From Candidatus Eiseniibacteriota bacterium (lineage in GTDB: Bacteria; Arandabacterota; Arandabacteria; Arandabacterales; Arandabacteraceae): 43,430 nt of DNA. Positions 1 to 12,100 of the stretch are shown here, piece by piece (position 1 is the first letter of the stretch; every line of letters begins with the position of its first letter). The notes under the pieces are model-generated. The model was not told the DNA's origin and made no database searches. It was given only the letters and a program-made list of their open reading frames with translations. The stretch covers positions 1 to 43,430 of the forward strand of contig JBDRNT010000062.1 of the NCBI GenBank assembly GCA_043810925.1, read 5' to 3'. The translations under genes and the position numbers were made by a program.

Positions 1-2952
1 TTCTCGCTTACCGGCTCCGCCACGTCACTGGGAGAGCTCTGCGAGTGGGATGGCGGAGGCGTCCGGACATCACACCAGGAGTTCGGCGGGCGTGTCACCC
101 AGATGGACAGCCCCGGCGGGACTCACTACCACTCAACGCACGTAGCCGGCACCTTGATTGGGGCCGGTGTGGTCAGCTCGGCCAAGGGTATGTCCTACCA
201 GGGAACTCTGGCAGCTTATGAATGGACCAATGACGATTCCGAGATGGCATCGGCGGCTGCGGCCGGAATGAACGTGTCGAACCACTCGTATGGTTACGGC
301 ACCGGCTGGTCCTACAGCTCTTCCTCGGGTGACTGGTACTGGTACGGTGATGTCAATATCAGCGCTGTCGAAGATTATGGGTTCGGCTTCTACAGCGTGG
401 AAGCCGAGGCCTGGGACCAGATAGCCTATGACGCCCCGTACTATACGATATGCAAGTCCGCGGGCAATGACCGCAATGACTACCCCGGCGCAGGCGCGGG
501 CCACTATTACTGGGATGATGGTTCCGGTTGGACGTGGAGTACTGCCACGCGCGATCCCGACGGCGGGACCGATGGATATGATTGCATATCCTGGAATGGT
601 ACCGCCAAGAACATCCTCTCGGTAGGTGCGGTTAACGACATCCCGGGCGGATGGACACAGCCATCGGATGTTGTCATGAGCTCCTTCAGCGGCTGGGGGC
701 CGACCGATGATGGCCGGATAAAGCCCGATCTCTGTGCAAACGGCATATCGTTGTACTCATCCATGGATGGAAACGATACAGACTATTATAGCTTGAGCGG
801 CACCTCGATGAGTAGTCCCAACCTTGCGGGCTCTCTCAACCTCCTTATCAGGCATTTTGAGGCCACGCACGTAGGGGCAACCCCCCTCGCCTCCACGATG
901 AAGGCGGTACTGATTCAAACGGCCGATGAGGCAGGACCCGATCCAGGCCCCGACTATATGTTTGGCTGGGGCCTTATGAATACGCTTGGGGCAGCAGAGC
1001 TGATTCAGGACGATTCCACTACACCGGGCTATATCCACGAGGAGAGCCTGGCAAATGGAGCGACTGACGAGTACTACATCGCGAGCGACGGACTTGAGCC
1101 GATCCGGGTATCCCTGGCCTGGACCGACCCGCCGGGTACTCCCCCGTCGCCGTCACTCAATCCGACGACCTCGAACTTGGTGAATGATCTCGACCTGCGC
1201 ATCGAGCGGGTGGCGACTTCTACCGTGTATGAGCCCTATGTGCTGAATCCTTCGAGCCCCTCAAGCGCAGCCACTACCGGTGACAACTATAGAGACAATT
1301 CTGAGCAGGTCTATATAGAGTCGCCTGCTTCCGGACAGTACCTGGTGAGCGTAACTCACAAGGGGACACTCTTAAGCAACCAGGACTATTCACTCGTTTT
1401 GTCATTGCTGCCGGGAACAACGGATACGGAAGATCCGGTTGTGACAGTCAATCAGCCCAATGGGGGCGAGAACTGGGCCGTGGACAGCTTCTTCGACATC
1501 ATGTGGACCGCGACGGACAATATCGGTGTGACCTCGATTGACATCCTCCTCTCCTCAGATGGCGGGGCTACCTATCCGCATACCATAGCCATGGGTGAGG
1601 CCAATGACGGTATCTTCAACTGGCCGGTGGACGGGGCACCCACGACTCAGGCACGGGTCAAAGTGATCGCCCATGATGCGGCGGCCAATGTCGGCGCGGA
1701 TGAGAGCGATGCCGACTTTGAGATAGCCGACGGTGAGGCTCCACTGGTAACCGTGATCCAGCCCAATGGGGGCGAGAACTGGGCCGTGGACAGCTTCTTC
1801 GACATCATGTGGACCGCGACGGACAATATCGGCGTCACCTCGATCGATATTCTGCTCTCTTCGGACGGCGGGGCCACCTTCCCCACCACGATAGCCACGG
1901 GTGAGGCCAATGACGGTATCTTCAACTGGCTGGTGGACGTGGCACCCACGACTCAGGCACGGGTCAAGGTGATTGCCCATGACGCGGCGGCCAATGTCGG
2001 TGAGGACATAAGTGACGCCGACTTCACCATTTATGATGGCGAAGGTCCTCTGGTTACGGTGATCCAGCCCAATGGGGGCGAGAACTGGGCCGTGGACAGC
2101 TTCTTCGACATCATGTGGACCGCGACGGACAATATCGGTGTCACCTCAATCGATATCCTCCTCTCCTCAGATGGCGGGGCTACCTATCCGCATACCATAG
2201 CCATGGGTGAGGCCAATGACGGTATCTTCAACTGGCTGGTGGACGGGGCATCCACGACTCAGGCACGGGTCAAAGTGATCGCCCATGATGCGGCGGCCAA
2301 TGTCGGCGAGGATGATAGCGATGCTGACTTTGAGATAACCGACGGTGAGGCTCCACTGGTAACCGTGATCCAGCCCAATGGGGGCGAGGTCTGGGACATC
2401 GACAGCTTCTTCGACATCATGTGGACCGCGACGGACAATATCGGTGTGACCTCGATTGACATCCTGCTCTCCTCAGATGGCGGAGCTACTTATCCGTATA
2501 CGATTGCCACAGGTGAGGCCAATGACGGCACATACCCATGGCACATAACCCAGAGCGCCACGACAACCGCACGCATCAAGGTTGTGGCGTACGATGCCGG
2601 GGCAAACAGCGGTGAAGACATGAGCGATGCCGACTTCGAGCTCTATGATCCGGCATCGGGTGTTGATATCACCGGGGATGTCCCCCTGAGCGCTGTGATC
2701 ACAGGAAACTCACCGAACCCGTTTGCCGAGACCACTGAGATCAGGTTCGGTATCCCTGTCGATGGCCACGCGAGGCTCGCAGTGTATGATGTGAGCGGAC
2801 GCGAGGTCGACCTTCTCCTGGACCGGGTCCTCCCTGCCGGGTATCACTCGGTCAACTGGCGAAACTCTGACAAGCTGAGTATGGGCCTGTACTTCGTCAA
2901 ACTCCGGACAGGCGCGGAGGAAGTAACGCACAAGGCAGTGCTTTCGAGATAG
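1..2952 (+). CDS. S8 (subtilisin-like) serine protease with four ~102-aa repeats and a FlgD/T9SS-like C-terminal domain; 5' end outside window
   Basis: Frame is open from base 1 (FSLTGSATSLGELCEWDGGGVR...). Triad motifs WDGG, HSTHVAGT and GTSMSSP, oxyanion region SAGND, GPTDDGRIKPD, and C-terminal NSPNPF...YDVSGR...GLYFVKL. Confidence 0.93.
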   Translation, partial: FSLTGSATSLGELCEWDGGGVRTSHQEFGGRVTQMDSPGGTHYHSTHVAGTLIGAGVVSSAKGMSYQGTLAAYEWTNDDSEMASAAAAGMNVSNHSYGYGTGWSYSSSSGDWYWYGDVNISAVEDYGFGFYSVEAEAWDQIAYDAPYYTICKSAGNDRNDYPGAGAGHYYWDDGSGWTWSTATRDPDGGTDGYDCISWNGTAKNILSVGAVNDIPGGWTQPSDVVMSSFSGWGPTDDGRIKPDLCANGISLYSSMDGNDTDYYSLSGTSMSSPNLAGSLNLLIRHFEATHVGATPLASTMKAVLIQTADEAGPDPGPDYMFGWGLMNTLGAAELIQDDSTTPGYIHEESLANGATDEYYIASDGLEPIRVSLAWTDPPGTPPSPSLNPTTSNLVNDLDLRIERVATSTVYEPYVLNPSSPSSAATTGDNYRDNSEQVYIESPASGQYLVSVTHKGTLLSNQDYSLVLSLLPGTTDTEDPVVTVNQPNGGENWAVDSFFDIMWTATDNIGVTSIDILLSSDGGATYPHTIAMGEANDGIFNWPVDGAPTTQARVKVIAHDAAANVGADESDADFEIADGEAPLVTVIQPNGGENWAVDSFFDIMWTATDNIGVTSIDILLSSDGGATFPTTIATGEANDGIFNWLVDVAPTTQARVKVIAHDAAANVGEDISDADFTIYDGEGPLVTVIQPNGGENWAVDSFFDIMWTATDNIGVTSIDILLSSDGGATYPHTIAMGEANDGIFNWLVDGASTTQARVKVIAHDAAANVGEDDSDADFEITDGEAPLVTVIQPNGGEVWDIDSFFDIMWTATDNIGVTSIDILLSSDGGATYPYTIATGEANDGTYPWHITQSATTTARIKVVAYDAGANSGEDMSDADFELYDPASGVDITGDVPLSAVITGNSPNPFAETTEIRFGIPVDGHARLAVYDVSGREVDLLLDRVLPAGYHSVNWRNSDKLSMGLYFVKLRTGAEEVTHKAVLSR
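1432..2655 (+). repeat. Four intragenic tandem repeats, period 306 nt (102 aa; PxVTVxQPNGGE...SDADF)
   Basis: CAGCCCAATGGGGGCGAG recurs at 1453, 1759, 2065 and 2371. Outer boundaries are approximate. Confidence 0.95.
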
Positions 2953-2968
2953 AACTTAGCTCAGATTG

Positions 2969-3009
2969 AGGCAGGCACCGATTGCCACTGAATCGGTGCC
3001 TGCCTTCTT
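2969..3009 (+). terminator. Probable intrinsic terminator
   Basis: Perfect 15-bp stem AGGCAGGCACCGATT/AATCGGTGCCTGCCT with 7-nt loop, 16 nt after the S8 stop; short TTCTT tail. Confidence 0.8.
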
Positions 3010-3143
3010 GTCAGACATAGATCCTGCGACGGCCTCCGCTCTTGTGAAGAACTCGCGTAGTCTTGCCATGACGGCCGATTGACCCTCCCCACAAAGGCTA
3101 ATGGCTTGCCCACCAGGGCCGATAACAAAGAAGGAGTCTAAAT

Positions 3144-6100
3144 GTGGAGGTTAGGGTTCGTACTATGCGTACCGGGTCAATGCTCATTGCCATAGCTGTG
3201 TCCATTTGCGTGCCGACGCTTGCGTCCGGAATTCCTACCGGGACTGCGCTGTGGCGGTCGGGAAGCTCAACCGTCCCGCTGGAGAATCCATGGAACGGTT
3301 CATCCTTCGGTACATCAGATAGCACCGTTGCTGTTGGCGCATTTCGCATCATGGCGGGAGCAGAGGCACCCACCAGGGATGAAAAGACACTGATTGGTAT
3401 CAATTCCGATGGGGACGTGGCCATGATGATATGGAACGGCACCATCTGGACGGCCCCACCCTTCAGCCCCATGGCCTCGGTGAGCGAATCTTTCTGGTGG
3501 GGCTGCGATGTCGCCTATATGCATCAGAGCGGAGATGCGGTGGTGGTCTGGAATAATGGGTCCAGCGGCACCGACTGCATTTCATACCGCACAGGGAATA
3601 GTCTCGCGTGGTCGGCCGAGGATACCATCACGGTTCCTCTCGCGGGCGAGCCTCAGCACATGCACCTCGCAGCCAGTCCCACTTCGGATGAGATGGTGCT
3701 CGTTGTAAGCAACGAATCCAGCCAGGACTACGCGATTGTGTGGGATGGCTCGACGTGGGGAAACGCCGAGGTACTGGACAATTCGGGTGCGGGTGATAAC
3801 AGAACCGATATCTGTGTGGCCTACCAACAAATGAACGGGCATGCGATGGTTGTTTTCGGACGCGGCCTGCCGGCGATCTACTACAGCGTCTGGAACGGCT
3901 CCGTCTGGAGCAGCGCGACCAATCTGGCCAAACCTTTTGACGCCAGCGGCAATGCCCGCTGGACTACACTTGCGGCGGATCCCAGAAGCGACCGGATCGC
4001 GCTCGGTGTGCTCACCCCGAACCAGGACGTCTGGCTCTGCGTCTGGGATGACTCCACCTGGGGGACTCCGCAGACTGCCACCAACAGCGCCACGGGGACA
4101 GGGTACCCGGGCGTGGCCGTAGCCTTCGAGGGCTTATCCGGTGAAGGTGTGGCCGTATACGGCGAGGGTTCCCAGGTTCAATACCGTACCTGGAGCGAGG
4201 GCGCGGGCTGGTCCGGTGATCTTCTGGCAGCGGTCCTCGGGGGATCTCCCAACTCGATGACGCTGGATGCTGTTCCGGGCTCAGATCGCCTCATGCTGTC
4301 CGTCCAGGATGGTAACAGCGACCTCAATTACGTTCACTGGGATGGCGGAATATGGGGCGCACCCGATGAGCTTGAGGTCAATACCGGTGAGGTCAAGAAC
4401 CAGCCATTCCTTTTTCTTTGGGACATAGACATAACCGACGGAACCAGCTACTACGTAAGCCCATCAGGCGATGATGACAATGATGGCCTCACGCCCGGTA
4501 CGGCCTGGATATCACTGGACAGGGGCGACCAGCTAGCGGTCCTCGCGCCGGGAGATACGGTCAATGTCCTGCCGGGTACTTATCATCCCGGCAGACGCAG
4601 CTGGCTGACAAGTTCGGGTAACGCCGCATCGCCTGTCACCTACCGCAAGCTGGGTGAAGGCGCCGCGGTATTCGAAATGAATTGGATTGCAGAATCGGTC
4701 CTCCTTGTAGACGGCGATCATGTCGTGATCGACGGCCTTGAAACCACCGAATCGGGACACCATGGAATGTATATTCGCGGGGACTCTTGTGTCGTCACGA
4801 ACTGCTATGTCCACACAAATGCCTGGGATGGAGTCAACGTAGAGGGCGACGGGAACACGATCTACCGGAACGCCATAGCCAACTGTGGCTGGGGCGGCAT
4901 ATACAATAAGTCCAGTGGGGATAAGAACCTCTTTTTTAACAACACCGTACACTCCTGCACTATGGAAGGCCTATACATGGCGCCTGGTGTTTCAGAGGCG
5001 CGTATTCTTAACAATATAGTAACATCCAATGACTTTGGAATAGTCGGCGAGGCCGGGAACGTCTGCGGCTATAACGATGTTTGGAACAATGCCTCCGGCA
5101 ACTACGGAGGGGGAGTCTCGGACTCAGCCGGCGGCATATCCGGTGACCCTCTCTATGCTGATCCGGCCGCAGACGATTTCGGACTTCTCCCCGGTTCTCC
5201 GGCAATAAACACCGGGCTTGACCTCGGATACCCTTACAAGGGTCCTGCGCCTGATATGGGTGCTCTGGAGTCGACCTATTCGCGAAGCTATTATGCAAGT
5301 CCATCAGGCGATGATGACAATGATGGTCTCAGCGAAGCGGCTCCCTGGCTGTCAATCCACAACGGCGACGTGAAGGGAATCCTGGTCCCAGGTGACACCG
5401 TCAATGTACTTCCGGGGATTTACACGCCCACGACATCGATATACCTGACAACTGATGGAACGGGCGCGGAACCCTTGACCTACCGCAAGTACGGTAGCAG
5501 CAGTGCAGTGATCGACTTTGGCGGCGGATCCAAAGTCGCCATGATTGTTGAAGGGGATCATGTCAGGCTCGACAGCATTGAGATCACGAATACCACCGAG
5601 CAGGGTGTCCATGTCAAAGCAGATTCGTGCACGGTACGTGGCATGTATGTCCACGATATCGGCAAGGAGGGGTTTAGGGTCGAGGGTCACTACAACGTGT
5701 TTCTCAGAAACATCGTTGCTTTCTCGTTGGAGGAAGGTTTCAAGAACGAAGGATCCGGAGAGTACAACGCTTACTACAACAACACGGTGTACTCAAACGG
5801 CAAGATCGGCTTCGACATGAAAGACAACACATCCCGAGTCTTCAACAGCATTGTGGCCCTGAATGAGAAGGGTATCAATGGGGATGGCTCAAATGTCTGC
5901 GGCTTCAACAATGTATGGGGCAACGCCAGCGGGAATTACACCGGTGGCGTGGCGGACTCGGCAGGCGGAATCTCGGTCGAACCCGGTCTTATTGACCCGG
6001 TATCAGGTGACTTCGGACTGGCCAATGGGTCGCTGGAGATCGATGCCGGCCTGGACCTGGGTTACCCATATAAGGGCGCCGCTCCGGATATGGGTGCAGT

Positions 6101-9100
6101 TGAGTGGGACTCTCCCGATTCCATAGCCTATATCGAAGTCTCTCCCCAGACTGTTTCGGTTGATGAAGGGACGTCCCGGCAGTTCAATGCATACGGGTAT
6201 GGCGTGGACTCATTGTTTGTTGAGGATCTCACTGATTCGGTAACCTGGAGCATGGATGATCCATCGGGTTCAGTGACCTCAGGAGGGCTCTATACGGCAG
6301 GGCACGATCTGTCTCCTCCCGACTACTATGTGACGGCCACATATGCCGCCATGAGTGATTCGGGAGCCGTGACGGTGGTGACCGATGGCACACTGAGTTA
6401 TGTGCTCGTGGAGCTCGAAGACGGCACTCCATTCCCGGATACCACACTCACCACGGACAATGATACCACCCTCCTCTACTGTCGAGGGTATGACTCCGGT
6501 GACAACCCGATAGGCGATGAGTCGGTTGACTGGGACGTATTGGGAGAGGACTCGATCGGCACTGTGTCTCCCGCTGTGGGTACTTCCACCACGCTTACCC
6601 TCTCGCGACCGGGGACAGGTCAGATAGAGGCGGTATCATCGCCTGCCATAAAGGACACGAGCGGGGTTATCACCTGCATGGCCGGTGGGCCTGCGGAGCT
6701 GGTGGTCTCACCCGATAGCAGCACGGTCTCGGCTGACAGTACACTTCAGTTTGCCTCGGTCTCCTATGATGCGGATGGTAATGAGACATCTCCACAGCTG
6801 ACTGTCACCTGGGAGGTCATAGGAGGCATAGGGTCTATAGATGGGACTGGCCTGTTTACGGCAACGACGGCAGGTACAGGTGATGTAGCCGCTGCCGGCT
6901 CAGGTCTGGCCGATACCACAGGCATGGTTGAGGTCTTGCCTGGGGAAGTGGACAGCCTCACCATCACACCGAATGTGGCCGCGATTTCGGCTGACTCAAC
7001 CCAGCAGTTTGTCGCCTGGGGATTCGACGGTGATGGAAATGCTGTGGGCCCGCTGGGAGTACTTACCTGGGAGGTCCTCGGCGACATAGGCACAATAGAC
7101 ACTACCGGCCTGTTTACAGCGGTAAATGCAGGTACCGGTTTCATGAAGGTGTGCAGCGACCTTGGTCCGTGCGCCGAAACAGATACCATAACCGTCGTCC
7201 CGGGCGCGGTCTTAAGTATCGACGTGTTGCCATCATCGCAGGTGGTAGTTGAAGGCACATCATACCAGTTCACTGCCCTCGCATACGATTCCGATTCAAA
7301 CCTTGTTCTGGATGCCACCGAGCAGGCAGCCTGGAATACTACTGATCCTCTTGGCTCGGTCACTGCCTCGGGCTTGTACACTGCTGGGGAGTATCCCTCA
7401 CCCCCGCTTTACCATGTCTGGGCCCAGCTCAGTGTTCCACTGGGAAGCCTGAGCTACGTCCGTGATTCTAGCGAGGTCACAGTGATAACGGACGGGGCGC
7501 TCGAGTACGTGCGGATCGAACACTCAGACGGCAGCGAGTTTGGCGATATGTCCCTCACGACCGACATCGATACTACAAAACTCTTTTGTCGTGGCTACGA
7601 TTCCTCGGAGGGCCTGATTGGGGATATTGCCGTCGACTGGTACTTGATCGGCGAGGACTCAATCGGAAGCGTTTCGGCAGGCCCATCAGCTTACACGACC
7701 CTCCTTCTGACGAAGGCGGGGACCGGACGGGTGACCGCAGTCTATAACGACGACCTGGTCGATACTACAGGCCTGATCACCTGTGCTGTAGGCGCACCCG
7801 CGTATCTGATCATAGAACCTGACACCGCCACGCTTGCAGCCGGTACCTCCCTCCAGTTTTCAACCAGGACTCTTGACGCGGATGGAAACCCCAGCAGTCT
7901 TATAACGGTGGACGCCTGGGACGTGATTGGAGGAATAGGCAGCATTTCGAATGGCGGCCTATTCCACGCAACGGTTGCCGGGATCGGGCAAGTCGCGTGT
8001 TCGGGTGAGGGGCTTGAAGACACGACCGGCCCCATTGCAATTCTTCCTGGTCCGCTTGCCCGGATGGAGGTCTCCCCCGATTCGACAGAGGTGACCCTCG
8101 GCTCCCGTACGGGTTTCGAGTCTCTCGGGTTTGACTCGTACAGTAACCCCGCCAATGTGGGAACCCTGACCTGGTCAGTAGTCGGCGGCATAGGAACTAT
8201 AGACGAATCCGGTATCTTCACCGCCACCGGCGTAGGATCAGGGCGGATCGCGGCCGCGAGCAATATCGGCGGCGTAACAGATACCAGCAGCCTGGTCATC
8301 GTCAATCCGAGCAATCTTGACATGATCGTGGTTGCGCCGGATACCGCCATGGTGGGAATAAGTGACGGCCTGCAGTTCAGCGCGCGCGGATTCGACGCCG
8401 ACTTTGATCCTATAGATTTCGGCCTGCTCACCTGGGAAGTGCTCGGCGGAATCGGCACGATCGATACATCGGGAATGTTCACTGCGACCAACGCCGGGAT
8501 CGGTAGAGTCGCAGCCACAAGCAATATCGATGGAATAGCTGACACGACTAAGATGATAGTTGTAGAAGTCCCCAGTGTAACCGGACTGCCCATCGGTAAT
8601 ATGCATGTCCACGCGGGTCAGCTGGGTGTGCCTATCCTCGCGTTCAGGATCTCAAACCCATTTGACAGCAAGGAGACCATACAGGCCGTAACCATCCGCG
8701 ACGCTTCAGCAGGCTCTGGGAACTCAGCTCAAATCCGATCGAATATGGACACTCTGGCCCTGTATGTCGATTCGGACGAGAGCGGTGGACTGAGCCCTTC
8801 GGACGTTCTCCTTGCAGGCTCGGAGATTCTGTCAGATGATATCGAACTCTCATTCTCTCCTGTAACAATAGGCCCCGGGGTCGATCGGACCTTTATAGCC
8901 ACAGCAAATATCACAAGATACCCCAGGGATGGCGATTCGCTGGATATGTACCTGTCGCCCGCAGCCGATATCGAAACAGGTAGCGGGAGAATCGTGGCAG
9001 GTCCCGAGACCATCAACTCCCTGGGCTACTGCATACTTGATGGCCTGACGGCTGCACAGGTCGGACTGGTACCGACAGGAACGAGTACGATAGCCCCGCT

Positions 9101-12100
9101 GGAGGGCACAGCCCATGTCTTGACCATCGAGATCCCGAGAAATGGCTACAGTGATGATGTCCTGGAGATTCTCTCGGTCCTCAATGCCGGGACCGCTGAC
9201 ACGGTGGACATCGATTCCCTCTACCTCTATATGGATACCGGAAACAGATCATGGGACGGGCCTGACAACGAGTCCAAGATCGGGAATCTGTCCTTCACCG
9301 GCGACCACTGGGAGATCAGCGGGCTCTCGGTTGCTCTGAACGAGCAGACCCAGATGTTCTTCCTGGGAGCCAGACTCGGCGCGGATGCCCAGACAGGCAG
9401 AAGCCTTTCCTTCGGCATCCCCTTGCATGGAATCGAGATGGGCTCGAGTAATGATGGTCCGATCGATGAGCCGGTCGGACCCGTCGAGACAATCACTATC
9501 GCTGCCCCGGAAATGATATCTGTGAGAGTGCTGCCCATCGCCGGACGCGAACTCATTCACGGCGAGGGAACCGGGCCCCTTGTGGGCATAGAGTTCGCCA
9601 ATGGATATCCGGTGCCTGTCGGGATCGATAGCATCACGTTCGTTCTTGAGGCTCAAGATCCGGATGGTGCGCCTCAGGATGTACTTGACGCCCAGTTGGG
9701 TTCCGTGGAGCTCTGGTTGAACCGCGACCCGTACATTTCTGTGCGGGGCCCCGCAGACAGCTTGATAGGTTCTGCGGACCTCACGGATGGCGCAGCTTTG
9801 CTCAGGGTCGGAAGCCTTCTCCTCCCCGCGGGGTGTGTCAAAGAGGTGTTCATCGAGAGCAGCCTGGACCCGGTAAACAGCAAGAATGGAAACATCATAA
9901 ACTTCTCAGTGATCTCCGAGAACAGTATCCACTTTGCCTTACCGGCGCAGGTAACCGGGGGATTCCCCCTGATCAATGCCGAGGACTTCAGTATCAACAT
10001 CTTCCAGGCCGCCAGCGTTGCCCTGCACCCCGTGGCGAGCACCAGGCTATTCGGCAATCAGCCTGACCAGCTCGTGCTTGACTTTGGGCTGCCTCGAAAC
10101 GGATATGACGACGATGTTCTTGAGTCCCTCAGGATTCAGAACACGGGTAGCACTGCAGGCCTCGATGCTCTTTCCGGCGCAAGGCTCTGGGCTGACCCCA
10201 ACGATAATGGCTTGTCGGGTGACGAGACCCTGCTTGGCGATTTCGAATACGACGAGGGTACCTGGCTGATAGACGGGCTCTCCTATCCCCTGACGGATTC
10301 GGGCAATCGCTTTCTGGTCACCGTGGATGTGGAATCTGAAGGGTTCGAAGGCGGTACGGTAAGATTCGAGATTCCAGTCCAGGGGATCCAGTATCATTCC
10401 GGTACAGACGGCCCGGACGACAGGCCTGTCGGCAACCCTGTGGGCCACCTCCTGTTCCCCGCCAACCGTATCACGGTGATCCCGATCCCGCAGGACGCCA
10501 CCGTAACGGAGCCGGGAGCGACATCTATAGAGGTTCTCACATTCGCACTCTACAACGGCTATATGGACCGGGCACATGTGCTCGAGACGGTAAGGCTCTC
10601 AAACCGAACCAGATCTGTTTCGACAGACGAGTTTGCAGACTATGAGCTGGGTCAGGTTTCCTTCCACTATGATCAGGATGGGAACCGGGAGTTCCACCAG
10701 GACTCGCTCCTGGCAACAGGCTATTTCAGTGATAGCGAACTCAGTCTCAGCGGGCTGAACATTGTGCTGGCCGCCGAATCGCTTGCCTATTTCTTTGTCA
10801 CGGCAGATCTGCCACTGGACATAATCGACTCGGACACGCTGGACATTACAATACAGGAGACCTCGGATTTCACCTTCGCCGAGACTGTCAACATCAACGG
10901 CAATCTCCCTGTGTCCAGGGGTGGTGAGCTTGTGGTTGACGGTTCGGTATTGAGGCAGTACGAGGTCCTGGACGTGGCCCTTCGGACCTTATCCCCCGGG
11001 GATCAATCAATACCGGTTCTCGCCTTTCGCCCTGCCGTTAACGGTGACAGGATTGACACCCTGTTTGCGTTGACCGTCACAAATGCCGCAGATGCTGAAG
11101 GCAATGATATCGAGTCTCTGTGGCTCTACCTTGATGACAACGGTGATGACACATGGCAGCCGGTCGATCAGCTTCTGGGGCAGGCCGAGTATGACGGAAG
11201 CGAGTGGAAGTTCAACGCTTTGAACCTGGAAGTTGAAGGCAGCCCGGCAGCTCTTTTCCTTGTCGCGGACATTGCAGATCAGGCCACTCCGAACAGGGTC
11301 CTTCAGGCCGTCATCCCGACCGGTGGTTGTGAATATGGATCCGATAACGACGGGCCCAGGGACGCCGCCATCACAGCTGCACAAGCGTTTATCATTTCAA
11401 GTTCAGGCTTCAGGGTAACATACCACACGCCCAGGTCGGCTTATTCTGTCGGGCAGGGGGTTCCAATCGAAGTAAGCGTAACGAACCTCATGCCTGTCGG
11501 CTTGAACGACGTCTCATGCGGAATCGTTCTGCGTGGTCAGCCGTCGATATTACGTTTAGACGGCTCGTTTGTCGGTCCATCCGAGATCGAATCGGGCGAA
11601 ACGGCTGTATTCTCCGCGGATTACACTGCCATAGAGCCAGGTGAGATCTTCTGGGAAGTCCAGGCTTTCTCTCCGGCTCTTCAGGAGTCCTCTGCCGTGG
11701 TTCGAACCGAGCCGGTGACTATACAGAGCGCCCCGGCAAGCGTGGATATCGATCTTATAAGCTCCATTCCCACTTCGGTGACAAAGGGACAGTCACGTGT
11801 GTTCCCAATGAGTATCAAGTGCCGCCATTCAGATGGATCACCACTGGCTGCGCCCATGAGGTTGGACAGTCTGCGCCTGAGGGTCCTTGATGAAAACGGA
11901 GACCCCCAGGATGCCGACCAGGTCTTCTCGCGCATGGTGCTGGCCACAGGATACACAAACCTGGCTATTCTCGACCAGTTGCCCCCGGATGCTGATGTGG
12001 TTCTTGCATTCGACCAGCCCGCAATCTTATCTCCCGGCACGGAGCAGATCCTGTCGCTCAGGGTGGATATAGACAGTGCCGCCACTGTGGATTACTACGC

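Noticed and set aside
3142-3195. 17-codon ORF (MWRLGFVL...) after AAGGAG, overlapping the giant gene start
   Set aside because: The in-frame GTG two bases later can use the same RBS; no evidence for a regulatory uORF.
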